This document shows positions 19,593 to 28,984 of a stretch of DNA of 64,000 nt, in pieces. The DNA is from Peptococcaceae bacterium UBA5757. Its GTDB lineage: Bacteria > Bacillota > Dehalobacteriia > UBA4068. A program made the translations under genes and the position numbers. Below the pieces are notes generated by a model. The model did no database searches and was not told the DNA's origin. It saw only the letters and a program-made list of their open reading frames with translations. The stretch's first letter is position 1; each line of letters begins with the position of its first letter. The stretch lies in assembly GCA_002418965.1 (NCBI GenBank), contig DIFD01000012.1, positions 21,845 to 85,844 on the forward strand, given 5' to 3'.

Positions 19593-19670
19593 CTTAGGTT
19601 TAAGTTCTGCCTTCGCAACCACAAAAAAATCCTGCCATCTATTAAGATATCAGGATTTTTTGTTGTCTAT
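19593..19670 (+). repeat. copy a of the conserved module plus covarying terminator hairpin family
   Basis: CTTAGGTTTAAGTTCTGCCTTCGCAACCACAAAAAAA + ATCCTG..CAGGAT hairpin + TTTTTTGTTGTCTA. Confidence 0.7.
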
Positions 19671-19755
19671 TTTTATGATATTTACGAAATTTATCCCATA
19701 CGGTTTAGGCTGACACAGATACCTTGCTTCTCAAGTAATCTTTTCATCTTTACCC

Positions 19756-20097
19756 CGCCGTAGTTTATCAAAACGCGGGAAGGATGGGCCTATCTTGCTG
19801 TCTTGCTTAATCTTTTCAGCCGGGAGGTCATTAGTCGGGCGATGAGCTGCAGACCTGATACGGCGCTGATGATCAGAGCGCTTTCACATACTCTTGTACG
19901 TAAGAACAGCCCAGGAGGTGATCATAAAGAAAGAATGGATTTATTTCAAAAGATATGCTAACCTTAAAAGTGTTGAATCCTGTGTATTTGAATATATTGA
20001 AGTATTTTACAACAGAAGGCGTATGCATTCTTCATTGGGATATATTAGCCCCAGGCGATCCTTGAAAAATATCTTCGGGAAAATGCCGCATAAATGA
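19756..20097 (+). mobile_element. remnant (3' part of orfB, with an internal deletion) of a second IS3-family element
   Basis: Aligns to 57844-58386 at DNA and protein level (..EGWAYLAVLLNLFSREVI.. / ..[37 protein letters not shown]); ~150 bp deleted relative to that copy. Confidence 0.7.
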
Positions 20098-20242
20098 TGG
20101 TTGGATACACATTCTCAACTGATTTCTAGATTTCGAAAAATGCATAACGGTCCAACAAGTCTGACCAAAAACTTGGGGGCAGATTATTAACAAGTTAAAA
20201 AAAAAGTACACATATGTGTGGAGCTAAAGGAGGTTGCAAATT

Positions 20243-22642
20243 TTGAGAAACAGAGTTATTGCTTTGATCATTGTGGTCTCAACAATACTACTCCTTACAG
20301 GATGCAGCGGTGGATCTACAGGATCTGCGATGAGTGAGAAGCTCTTGGCTGAGGCTGTGCTGAATGAAGAGAATCTTGTGTTGAGCACAGATGGTGCTGA
20401 GCTGAGGCTTGACCCGGTAATAGTTCCCTCCGATGTCAACGCCAGTATTTATGAGGTATCCAATGCGCCAGCGCTGGATGAGGAGAGTGTAATTAAGCTT
20501 AAGGTCTACGACTTCAAGCTTGACGGAGTTTCTCAGGTTGACGGAGTTATCCAGCTGGCAATTTCTCTGCAGCCGGCGGATGGAGAGGTTCCGGGAGCGG
20601 CTTATCTAAACGAGGAGACTGGGCAGTGGGAGCCGGTTGCGTTTATGTATGACGAAGTTTCTTCCACAGTGGTAATTTTAACGGACCATTTGTCAAAATA
20701 TGGCGTATTTTCAGTATCCGGTGAGGGCAGAAGACGTGCTATAGTCGAGTTTCTCGATCTGTATGGTGCGGGAGAGGACAAGGATTTCCTGGCTGCCATA
20801 GAGGAATATTCCATTGGTGGAGTTCCGGCATCACAGTGCATTGAAATAGGAGCGGGAGCAGCGGGAGATGCGCTTCAGCTTGGTGGGGATTTTCTAGGGA
20901 ACATTTCCCAGAGCGCAGGATATCTGGCCTATGGAGATGACGTACTTTCCACGATAGGAGACCATTTAGGGAGCGTGGGTCTGTTGTTGTCAGTTGTTCA
21001 GGTTGGAAACAATCTTTACAATGGCAGAATTAACGATGCTGTCGTAGGAAGCTTAAAAACCTCCTATACCTACATAATGGGGAAGGTCGTATCAAAGCTC
21101 AGCAATTCAGTTCTTTCGGCTGGAATGGCTTCGGTAGCAATTGTGGATTATGCAATCAATAAGTTTGGCACTACGGCTATGGAAGGTCGTGCCGATATTT
21201 ACAGAGATGCATATTCGATTTATTACTGGAAGGGAGAAGACGGCTTCAAGGGATCAGATTACTGGTACAAAACGTTTTATCCCATGTTCAGCGATCCAAA
21301 AATGACCCAAGAAGCTCTTAAAGTAGAAATCGACAAGATAGTAACTGCCCACTGCAATGAATTTTGGACAGGAACGAACAAATTGGGAGTAGATTATTAC
21401 ATGACCGAGGCGAGGGAGAAAATGGCTTGGACCGGTGGTGGAGCGGGGCTAAACCAGGATCTGCAAAGTAGCATCAGCCAGGAAAGAAGGTCTGCTCTTT
21501 ATAATGACGTCTTGCCGGGGGTTTTCAGGCAGATCGCCCTAAGGATCAATATGGAGAACGAGAGCAAGCTAAGATCAGAGTACAAGGCTCTTTCAGACTA
21601 TCTGAATCAAGTTGTTTCCTTCAGTGTTACAGATCCAAAGAAGACCTATGCCAAGCACCAGGCAAGATTCTCAACACTGAACGACAAAGCTGATATTGAC
21701 AACTGGACTGGCAAGTTCAAGGATGACGGCAGTTTAAGCACCAGCTTCACCCTCTATGGACATATGTATGCCGGCTCACCTACAAAACTTGACATTTACG
21801 CTCCTGATGCGGATATGGACAAGGACGAGCCGGTAAAAAGTATTGAATTCAAGGTTACGCCTCCATCTGTTGAAATAGTTCTCACTGAGGAGGCAGATAG
21901 ACTGAAAACACTTGTCACAACGAGGTCAGCAGGAGAAATTACTTCAGGTTTATCAATAGAAGATGAATACAAATCATATTACCCTGAGATTTTCTTCCCA
22001 ATGCCATTGGAACACCTGCTGAGTCAACAGCCCATATCAATTCCAAAGGACAATATTATTGATGTAAGCCTTAGCGGCAGCTGGGCTGCCGAAACCGAAA
22101 GCGGGAAAAATAAATCAGATGGAGAATGGAGTACCGCGTACAAATATGATGTCCAAAATTTTCATCTTTATATCACACTAACAACTAATACTGAGCTTCC
22201 GGTTATCGGAACAGACAAAAGAGCACTGCTTCTTGATGGATCAGGAACCTATAGCTATACAGTTACTATAACGACAATTACTACTGGATCTCAGGAGGTT
22301 CCCGCATTATTCGAGAAAGCCTGGGCAGATTCAACTGTAACAAGATCGATTACTTTTACATCAACCGGGAATGTGTCTTTGTATACATCGAGCAGGGCAA
22401 TAGATAGCTCAAAAGGGGTTGTGGTATACGACGATGGGATTGACAATCTGGAAACCACAGGAGTTATCCTTGAATTTGAAAATCCAACGAATCAAGCAAG
22501 TGGAACAGCAACGCATTATTTGAAAACTGTCTGGGAGGATAAGCAGGAAAAAGAAGAGACAAGCACAAATGATATTATTATAGATGCGAGTATGATATTG
22601 GAAAATGCATCGAAGATGTACTTTAAATATCCTGTTAAATAA
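20243..22642 (+). CDS. large lipoprotein of unknown function (~800 aa)
   Basis: Signal peptide plus lipobox LLTGCSGG; TTG start at 20234 or 20243 after AAAGGAGG; no recognisable catalytic domain. Confidence 0.6.
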   Translation: MRNRVIALIIVVSTILLLTGCSGGSTGSAMSEKLLAEAVLNEENLVLSTDGAELRLDPVIVPSDVNASIYEVSNAPALDEESVIKLKVYDFKLDGVSQVDGVIQLAISLQPADGEVPGAAYLNEETGQWEPVAFMYDEVSSTVVILTDHLSKYGVFSVSGEGRRRAIVEFLDLYGAGEDKDFLAAIEEYSIGGVPASQCIEIGAGAAGDALQLGGDFLGNISQSAGYLAYGDDVLSTIGDHLGSVGLLLSVVQVGNNLYNGRINDAVVGSLKTSYTYIMGKVVSKLSNSVLSAGMASVAIVDYAINKFGTTAMEGRADIYRDAYSIYYWKGEDGFKGSDYWYKTFYPMFSDPKMTQEALKVEIDKIVTAHCNEFWTGTNKLGVDYYMTEAREKMAWTGGGAGLNQDLQSSISQERRSALYNDVLPGVFRQIALRINMENESKLRSEYKALSDYLNQVVSFSVTDPKKTYAKHQARFSTLNDKADIDNWTGKFKDDGSLSTSFTLYGHMYAGSPTKLDIYAPDADMDKDEPVKSIEFKVTPPSVEIVLTEEADRLKTLVTTRSAGEITSGLSIEDEYKSYYPEIFFPMPLEHLLSQQPISIPKDNIIDVSLSGSWAAETESGKNKSDGEWSTAYKYDVQNFHLYITLTTNTELPVIGTDKRALLLDGSGTYSYTVTITTITTGSQEVPALFEKAWADSTVTRSITFTSTGNVSLYTSSRAIDSSKGVVVYDDGIDNLETTGVILEFENPTNQASGTATHYLKTVWEDKQEKEETSTNDIIIDASMILENASKMYFKYPVK

Positions 22643-22825
22643 CTGCGCATAATGTTGTCGTTGTATGGTAATATTTAAAGGTACTATAGTGGGACCTTTT
22701 TGGGGAGTCAAAAAAGTTGGCTCATATGCAACAGGAGAGATACGGGTTAAACGGGAAACGCTTGTTGTTTGATAAAACCTCAAGATCTAAAGCAATATAA
22801 TATAGTAAGATAAGGGTGGTGTAAT

Positions 22826-23596
22826 ATGGAAAATGACAAAAAAATAGCAGTTTTAATTGATGCTGATAATGTGTCGGAAAAGTATATAAAATATATCTTT
22901 GATGAAATTTCTAACCACGGAATCCCTACCTATAAAAGAATTTATGGAGATTGGACAAGGCCAGAGCTTGCATCATGGAAACTTGTGTTACTTAATTATT
23001 CCATTACCCCTATTCAGCAATATAGTTATACAACAGGTAAAAATGCGACAGATGCGGCATTAATAATTGATGCAATGGATATACTCTATTCAAAAAATGT
23101 AGATGGATTTTGCCTTGTTTCCAGTGATAGTGATTTTACTAAACTAGCTGCCCGCTTAAGAGAGGCCGGAATGTATGTTGTTGGCATGGGTGAAAAGAAA
23201 ACACCGAAGCCCTTTATAGCGGCCTGCGAGAAGTTTAAATATCTTGAAGTTTTAGCGGCAATACCCACAGATACTTACAAAACCGATACCGATAAAAAGG
23301 TAAAAAAGGAAGAGGCCCCAGCAGAGGCACCCAAAGTGGGTATGGAAGATATAAAAGAACTTCTTGACGCTATAAAGATTATTGTAACGGATAATTCAGA
23401 CGAAGATGGCTGGGCACATTTGGGTGTAGTCGGAAAGAAAATCAGTAAGCGCTATCCCGATTTTGATACAAGAAACTATGGGTATGCAAAGTTAACTCCC
23501 CTTATCGCTTCTCTAAAGCAATTTGAAATACAAAAACGCAAAACCAATACCCCCCATATTGTTCATTACTATATTAAAAATAAAGAGGTCTTGTAA
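22826..23596 (+). CDS. NYN (PIN-like nuclease) domain protein with a C-terminal OST-HTH/LOTUS domain
   Basis: IAVLIDADNV..YGDW..CLVSSDSDF (NYN/DUF88) and C-terminal WAHLGVVGKKISKRYPDFDTRNYGYAKLTPLIASL (OST-HTH). Confidence 0.7.
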   Translation: MENDKKIAVLIDADNVSEKYIKYIFDEISNHGIPTYKRIYGDWTRPELASWKLVLLNYSITPIQQYSYTTGKNATDAALIIDAMDILYSKNVDGFCLVSSDSDFTKLAARLREAGMYVVGMGEKKTPKPFIAACEKFKYLEVLAAIPTDTYKTDTDKKVKKEEAPAEAPKVGMEDIKELLDAIKIIVTDNSDEDGWAHLGVVGKKISKRYPDFDTRNYGYAKLTPLIASLKQFEIQKRKTNTPHIVHYYIKNKEVL

Positions 23597-23733
23597 TCAT
23601 TGAAGGTAGAGCTACACTTTCATCAGTGATAAGAGATTAACATTGATAACGTTAAATGGCTGCAGGTGTATGATTAAATAATCACAGATAAACAAAGATG
23701 ACGGCAAACTATTAGTGGTGCCCATAAGAAGGC

Positions 23734-23810
23734 CTTAGGTTCAATCTCTGCTTTCGCAATCAAATAAAAGCCCCGTAAATGATATGTTTACGGGGCTTTT
23801 ATGTTTTATC
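23734..23810 (+). repeat. copy b of the conserved module plus covarying terminator hairpin family
   Basis: CTTAGGTTCAATCTCTGCTTTCGCAATCAAATAAA + AAGCCCCGTAAA-tgatatg-TTTACGGGGCTT + TTTAT. Confidence 0.7.
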
Positions 23811-24144
23811 AAAAATAGGTTTCGGGTAATAGCTTAGATGGTATGTGTTTGGGTATTCATATGGAATAAAAGAATAGACTTAAAAAACCCATTTTTTATG
23901 ATAGAAAAATTTCAGTATTGGGGATGACGTCAAGGCTAGCTTTATGATATAATAATTAAATATAATCTAATATATGTTGAGATTTTTTAAAAAAGAGTTT
24001 GTTATTAATGTCGTCAAAGAACTAATAATGAAGAGTAGGCTTATTCTCTTACGGAGATAAATAATATTCTTATTTAGGTATTGCCAAATATTTTTAATGA
24101 TTTAACAATTAACTCGGAAATTAAAACTTAAGGAGAGATTTAAT

Positions 24145-25407
24145 GTGGGAATGACAATTACTGAAAAAATACTTGCTGCCCATATTGGCAGGGATCGAAT
24201 CGAACCCGGAGATTTGGTTACAGCGAAGGTAGATGTTATACTCGCCAATGATGTAACCGCTCCCGTCGCAATTCAGGAGTTTGAACGTTCAGGGCTGAAT
24301 AAGATTTTTGATCCGGATCGTATCGTGTTTGTATTGGACCATTTTGTTCCTGCTAAAGACATCAAATCAGCAGAACAGGCTAAAATTATACGAGAGTTTG
24401 CCCGTAAACATCATCTGCCGCATTTTTATGATGTAGGAGAAATGGGAATTGAACATTGTCTTTTGCCGGAAAAAGGAATTGTGGCCCCCGGTGATGTGAT
24501 TATTGGGGCGGATTCTCATACTTGTACATATGGTGCGCTTGGTGCATTTGCTACGGGAATGGGTTCTACGGATATAGCAGCGGCGATGGCAACGGGCGAA
24601 GCATGGTTTAAGGTTCCTGAAACCATTAAATTTATATATAGCGGTCGGTTACCCGCTGATATAACGGGTAAGGATCTGATCTTACATACAATTGGTCTGA
24701 TCGGGGTTGATGGTGCTCTATATCAGGCAATGGAGTTTACCGGTGAAGCGATTGACAAGCTTTCGATGGACGGACGTTTTACAATGGCAAATATGGCTAT
24801 TGAAGCCGGTGGCAAAAACGGGATCATTGCACCAGACAAAACGACTCAGGCTTATGTTCAAGACAGGGTAAAGCGTCCGTGGACAGCGTACCAATCCGAT
24901 CCGGATGCCAAATATGCCCGCGTTATCGAAATAGATGTTGAAAAGCTGGAACCGGTGATTGCCTTACCCCACTTGCCGTCAAACACTTGTCCTGTCAGTA
25001 AGGTCGGAAATATAGAAATCCAGCAGGTCGTTATCGGATCCTGCACCAATGGGAGGATGGAGGATCTGCGTCAAGCAGCAGCGGTATTTAAAGGTAAAAA
25101 AGTACATCAAAATGTACGTTGTATCATATTCCCAGGCACTCAAGCCATTTATAAGCAAGCGATGCAGGAAGGTTTAATGGACATCTTTATTGATGCGAAT
25201 GTGGCTGTTTCCACCCCGACCTGTGGTCCTTGCTTAGGCGGACATATGGGTATTTTGGCTAAGGGCGAACGTGCTTTATCAACTACCAACCGCAATTTTG
25301 TTGGTCGAATGGGGCACCCCGAGAGTGAAGTTTATTTGAGCAATCCTGCTGTAGCTGCCGCTTCGGCAATTGCAGGAAGAATCATACATCCTAAGGAGGT
25401 TAAATAA
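24145..25407 (+). CDS. leuC: 3-isopropylmalate / (R)-citramalate dehydratase large subunit
   Basis: Aconitase-family 420 aa form with the three Cys cluster ligands; GTG start after AAGGAGAG. Confidence 0.9.
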   Translation: MGMTITEKILAAHIGRDRIEPGDLVTAKVDVILANDVTAPVAIQEFERSGLNKIFDPDRIVFVLDHFVPAKDIKSAEQAKIIREFARKHHLPHFYDVGEMGIEHCLLPEKGIVAPGDVIIGADSHTCTYGALGAFATGMGSTDIAAAMATGEAWFKVPETIKFIYSGRLPADITGKDLILHTIGLIGVDGALYQAMEFTGEAIDKLSMDGRFTMANMAIEAGGKNGIIAPDKTTQAYVQDRVKRPWTAYQSDPDAKYARVIEIDVEKLEPVIALPHLPSNTCPVSKVGNIEIQQVVIGSCTNGRMEDLRQAAAVFKGKKVHQNVRCIIFPGTQAIYKQAMQEGLMDIFIDANVAVSTPTCGPCLGGHMGILAKGERALSTTNRNFVGRMGHPESEVYLSNPAVAAASAIAGRIIHPKEVK

Positions 25408-25899
25408 GTGGAATTTCAAGGATATATATGGAAATTTGGCAAAGATATTGACACAGATGCAATTATCCCTGCCCGTTATTTAAATACGACATCTCCGGAG
25501 GAATTGGCTAAGCATTGTATGGAGGATGCTGACCCAACCTTTTCCCAAAAAGTTAAAATGGGTGATATTATCATCGCGGATAAAAACTTTGGCTGTGGTT
25601 CTTCTCGCGAGCATGCTCCGATCTGTATCAAGGCGGCGGGTGTATCCTGTGTGATCGCCAAGACTTTTGCCCGGATCTTTTTTCGTAATTCCATTAACAT
25701 TGGATTGCCTATCTTTGAGAGTCCCGAGGCTGTAGATGGTATCCAAGAAGGGGATTTGGTCAAGGTTGATGCAGACCAGGGAACTATCGTTAATTTAACT
25801 ACGGGAAGGTCGTACCAAGCTAAACCCTTGCCTCCCTTCATGCAAGAGATTATAAAAGCCGGCGGTTTGTTGGAATACGTTAAAAAGAAAGGGTGTTAA
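25408..25899 (+). CDS. leuD: 3-isopropylmalate dehydratase small subunit
   Basis: Aconitase swivel domain, 163 aa; start codon abuts the leuC stop. Confidence 0.9.
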   Translation: MEFQGYIWKFGKDIDTDAIIPARYLNTTSPEELAKHCMEDADPTFSQKVKMGDIIIADKNFGCGSSREHAPICIKAAGVSCVIAKTFARIFFRNSINIGLPIFESPEAVDGIQEGDLVKVDADQGTIVNLTTGRSYQAKPLPPFMQEIIKAGGLLEYVKKKGC

Positions 25900-25905
25900 A
25901 CAATA

Positions 25906-26979
25906 ATGGCTTATAAAATTGCAGTATTGCCGGGAGACGGTATCGGTCAAGAAATTATTCCTCAGGCAATTCGCGTCTTGGATGCTATTGGCAAGAAGTA
26001 TGGCCACCAATTTTCTTATACCGAAGGATTAATAGGAGGGGCAGCCATTGATGTGACGGGGCATCCTCTTCCTCCCGAAACAATAGCACTTTGCAAGAAC
26101 AGCGACGCAATCTTATTGGGCGCCGTTGGGGGCCCAAAATGGGATACAATGCCTGTTGCTTTACGTCCTGAAGCCGGTGCTCTTTTAGGATTGCGTAAAG
26201 GCTTAGGACTTTATGCCAATATTCGGCCATGTCATTTGTTCGCTCCCTTAGCAGATGCTTCCACTTTAAAGAGGGAAGTTATTGAAGGCGTTGACTGCGT
26301 TGTTATCCGTGAGTTAACCGGAGGATTGTATTTTGGGGAGAAAAAACGGGAGAAGACTCCGACAGGGGAAATTGCCTCCGATCATTTGGTTTATACAACG
26401 GAGGAAATTGATCGTATTATAACCTTGGCTTTCGAGATTGCTCGCAATCGGAAGAAAAAGGTTTGCTCGGTGGATAAGCATAATATCCTGGAATCATCCC
26501 GTTTATGGAGAGATGTTGCGAAACAAGTTGCCCAAAGGTACCCGGATGTAGAATTGAGCAATATGTATGTTGACAATTGTGCCATGCAATTGATACGCAA
26601 CCCCAGACAGTTTGACGTAATTGTTACAGAAAACATGTTTGGCGATATTTTATCCGATGAAGCGGCTATGTTAACCGGCTCGCTTGGTATGTTGCCTTCT
26701 GCATCGATTGGCGGAAAGGTTGCTTTATTTGAGCCTTCGCACGGATCCGCGCCGGATATTGCCAATCAAAACAAAGCGAATCCATTGGCTACCATTCTTT
26801 CGGCTGCGATGATGCTGGAGTATTCCTTTAACCTGATTAAGGAAGCAAAAGAAATAGAGCAGGCTGTTAATACGGTTTTAGAACAAGGTTATCGTACTGG
26901 GGATATTATGGAAAAAGACAAAATTCTATTAAATACGGATCAGATGACGGATAAGGTTTTGTCGGTTATAAATGAATAG
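25906..26979 (+). CDS. leuB: 3-isopropylmalate dehydrogenase
   Basis: Isocitrate/isopropylmalate dehydrogenase signature NMFGDILSDEAAMLTGSLGMLPSAS. Confidence 0.9.
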   Translation: MAYKIAVLPGDGIGQEIIPQAIRVLDAIGKKYGHQFSYTEGLIGGAAIDVTGHPLPPETIALCKNSDAILLGAVGGPKWDTMPVALRPEAGALLGLRKGLGLYANIRPCHLFAPLADASTLKREVIEGVDCVVIRELTGGLYFGEKKREKTPTGEIASDHLVYTTEEIDRIITLAFEIARNRKKKVCSVDKHNILESSRLWRDVAKQVAQRYPDVELSNMYVDNCAMQLIRNPRQFDVIVTENMFGDILSDEAAMLTGSLGMLPSASIGGKVALFEPSHGSAPDIANQNKANPLATILSAAMMLEYSFNLIKEAKEIEQAVNTVLEQGYRTGDIMEKDKILLNTDQMTDKVLSVINE

Positions 26980-27018
26980 CCCGTTTTCTCCTGTTTCAGG
27001 GAATAAGGAGGTTCTACG

Positions 27019-28599
27019 TTGAAGGAAAAGGTTTATATTTATGATACAACCCTGAGAGATGGCGCCCAGGCAGAGGGAATCTCTTTAAGTTTAGAAGACA
27101 AAATTAAGATCGCCATTAAGTTAGATGAGCTGGGGGTCGATTATATTGAAGGCGGAGCCCCTATCTCTAATCCCAAAGATATTGAGTTTTTCCGACGGGC
27201 TGCAAAAATGCAATGGAAGACAGCCAAGATTGCAGCCTTTGGCTTTACGTGCCGTCCAGATTCCAAAACTGAGGAAGATTCTAATTTGTTGGATTTAATC
27301 AAATGTGATGCCCCTGTTGTAACTATTGTAGGTAAATGCTGGGATTTTCACGTAACTAAGGCCCTAATGACAACGCTGGAAGAGAACCTCCGCATGATTA
27401 CCGACTCGGTTGCTTTTTTGAAGGCACAGGGGCGGGAGGTTGTCTTTGATGCGGAGCATTTTTTTGACGGGTTTAAGAGTAATGCAGAATATGCGAAGTC
27501 TGTTGTTCTTGCGGCCCAGAAGGCGGGGGCAAATTGGATAACCCTTTGTGATACGAACGGTGGGACCCTTGCTTATGAAATATACGAAATAACTCAGAAA
27601 ATCGTAGGTCTGCTCAGTGTCCCTGTAGCGATTCACGCTCATAATGACGGAGATCAAGCTGTGGCAAATTCTTTGATGGCGGTTAAATCCGGAGCTACCC
27701 AAGTTCAGGGGACGGCCAATGGTTACGGAGAACGTTGTGGTAATGCCAATATTTTTTCAATCATTCCCAATTTAGAGTTAAAGATGGACAAACAGTGCCT
27801 GCCATTAGGGAACTTGGGTATGCTGACGGAAGTTTCGCATTATATTGCGGAGATCGCGAATGCAACCCACCGTAACGACTTCCCCTTTGTGGGGAATTCA
27901 GCCTTTGCCCATAAGGGAGGGATTCATGTTTCGGCAATCCTTAAGGATGTAAACACATATGAACATATTCATCCGGAAGTGGTTGGCAATCAAAGAATGG
28001 TTTTAATCTCCGAAGTGTCTGGAATGAGTAGCTTGCTCTACAAGGCTCGCGAATGGGGAATTGATATTACTAAAGAAACAGCGAAGAGTCAACAATTTAT
28101 CGTTCAAATTAAAGACCTAGAAAATATGGGTTATCAATTTGAAGGTGCTGATGCCTCCCTGGAGTTGTTATTGCGAAAAGCGTTTGGACAGACACAAGAA
28201 ATGTTCCAACTGGAAACGTTTCGCTTGATAATAGAAAAAAAGGCAGATGAATGCTTTACAGATGAGGCTATCATTAAGGTAAGATTTGGAGATAAGGTTG
28301 TGCATACCGCAGCAGAGGGAGTTGGCCCGGTCAATGCCCTAGATAATGCCTTGCGTAAGGCGTTGGTTGAGAATTATCCATTTATAAAAAATATCCATCT
28401 CAAGGACTATAAGGTTCGCGTGCTGAATGAGCAGGAAGCAACTGCGGCCAATGTGCGGGTTCTGATTGAAATGACAAATGGGTACGATTCTTGGAATACG
28501 GTGGGTGTCTCAGAAAATATCATAGAAGCGTCTTGGAATGCTCTGGTTGATTCCTTTAATTACGCTTTTCTTCTCCGGAATAAAGGGAAAGAAGTTTAA
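27019..28599 (+). CDS. cimA: (R)-citramalate synthase (LeuA/HCS family, long form with LeuA-dimer C-domain)
   Basis: YIYDTTLRDGAQAEGIS..YIEGGAPISNPKDIEFF pattern typical of CimA rather than LeuA; TTG start 7 nt after AGGAGG. Confidence 0.75.
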   Translation: MKEKVYIYDTTLRDGAQAEGISLSLEDKIKIAIKLDELGVDYIEGGAPISNPKDIEFFRRAAKMQWKTAKIAAFGFTCRPDSKTEEDSNLLDLIKCDAPVVTIVGKCWDFHVTKALMTTLEENLRMITDSVAFLKAQGREVVFDAEHFFDGFKSNAEYAKSVVLAAQKAGANWITLCDTNGGTLAYEIYEITQKIVGLLSVPVAIHAHNDGDQAVANSLMAVKSGATQVQGTANGYGERCGNANIFSIIPNLELKMDKQCLPLGNLGMLTEVSHYIAEIANATHRNDFPFVGNSAFAHKGGIHVSAILKDVNTYEHIHPEVVGNQRMVLISEVSGMSSLLYKAREWGIDITKETAKSQQFIVQIKDLENMGYQFEGADASLELLLRKAFGQTQEMFQLETFRLIIEKKADECFTDEAIIKVRFGDKVVHTAAEGVGPVNALDNALRKALVENYPFIKNIHLKDYKVRVLNEQEATAANVRVLIEMTNGYDSWNTVGVSENIIEASWNALVDSFNYAFLLRNKGKEV

Positions 28600-28622
28600 T
28601 ATTTTATGCATAACCCGAAGGT

Positions 28623-28700
28623 CATAGGTCCAAGTTCTGCTTCCGCAACCAAATAAAATCCCTGATATCTATAATGATGGCAGGGATTTTTTGTTGTCTA
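28623..28700 (+). repeat. copy c of the conserved module plus covarying terminator hairpin family (serves as the cimA terminator)
   Basis: CATAGGTCCAAGTTCTGCTTCCGCAACCAAATAAA + ATCCCTG..CAGGGAT + TTTTTTGTTGTCTA. Confidence 0.7.
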
Positions 28701-28984
28701 AAATTGGCTAAAACCTACAAGTTGATGTTTATTTGATGTTTGCGAAGAAGAAAAATGGTATAAGATAACGGCAAATAGCCACACTATAACGTAGGCATTG
28801 GCAGATGTTTATTTATGTTTAAAATTAAACATAAAACTTATATCGTTCGTTTGACTTTAATTTTATTAAAAAACAATTAAGAGATATTGAACCACTGTTA
28901 AGGCCAAATAGAAGATTTATTGCCGATCAAGTTTTCTTTGAATAAAGAAATACAACCGCAGATAAAGCGGTATGGAGGGATACT

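Noticed and set aside
22677-22703. Weak hairpin AAAGGT..ACCTTT plus T-run after the lipoprotein gene, considered as a terminator
   Set aside because: Only a 6 bp AT-rich stem with an 11 nt loop; it is too weak to call.
23811-24144. Expected T-box or leader-peptide attenuator upstream of leuC
   Set aside because: No T-box consensus (AGGGTGGNACCGCG), no specifier or antiterminator arrangement and no Leu-codon-rich mini-ORF could be found by eye; the leader is a plain AT-rich spacer.
28814-28833. 9-2-9 AT-rich palindrome TATGTTTAA-AA-TTAAACATA upstream of the radical SAM gene
   Set aside because: It is very AT-rich and short, so it is likely a chance occurrence in 35% GC DNA. I noted it but did not score it as a regulatory site.
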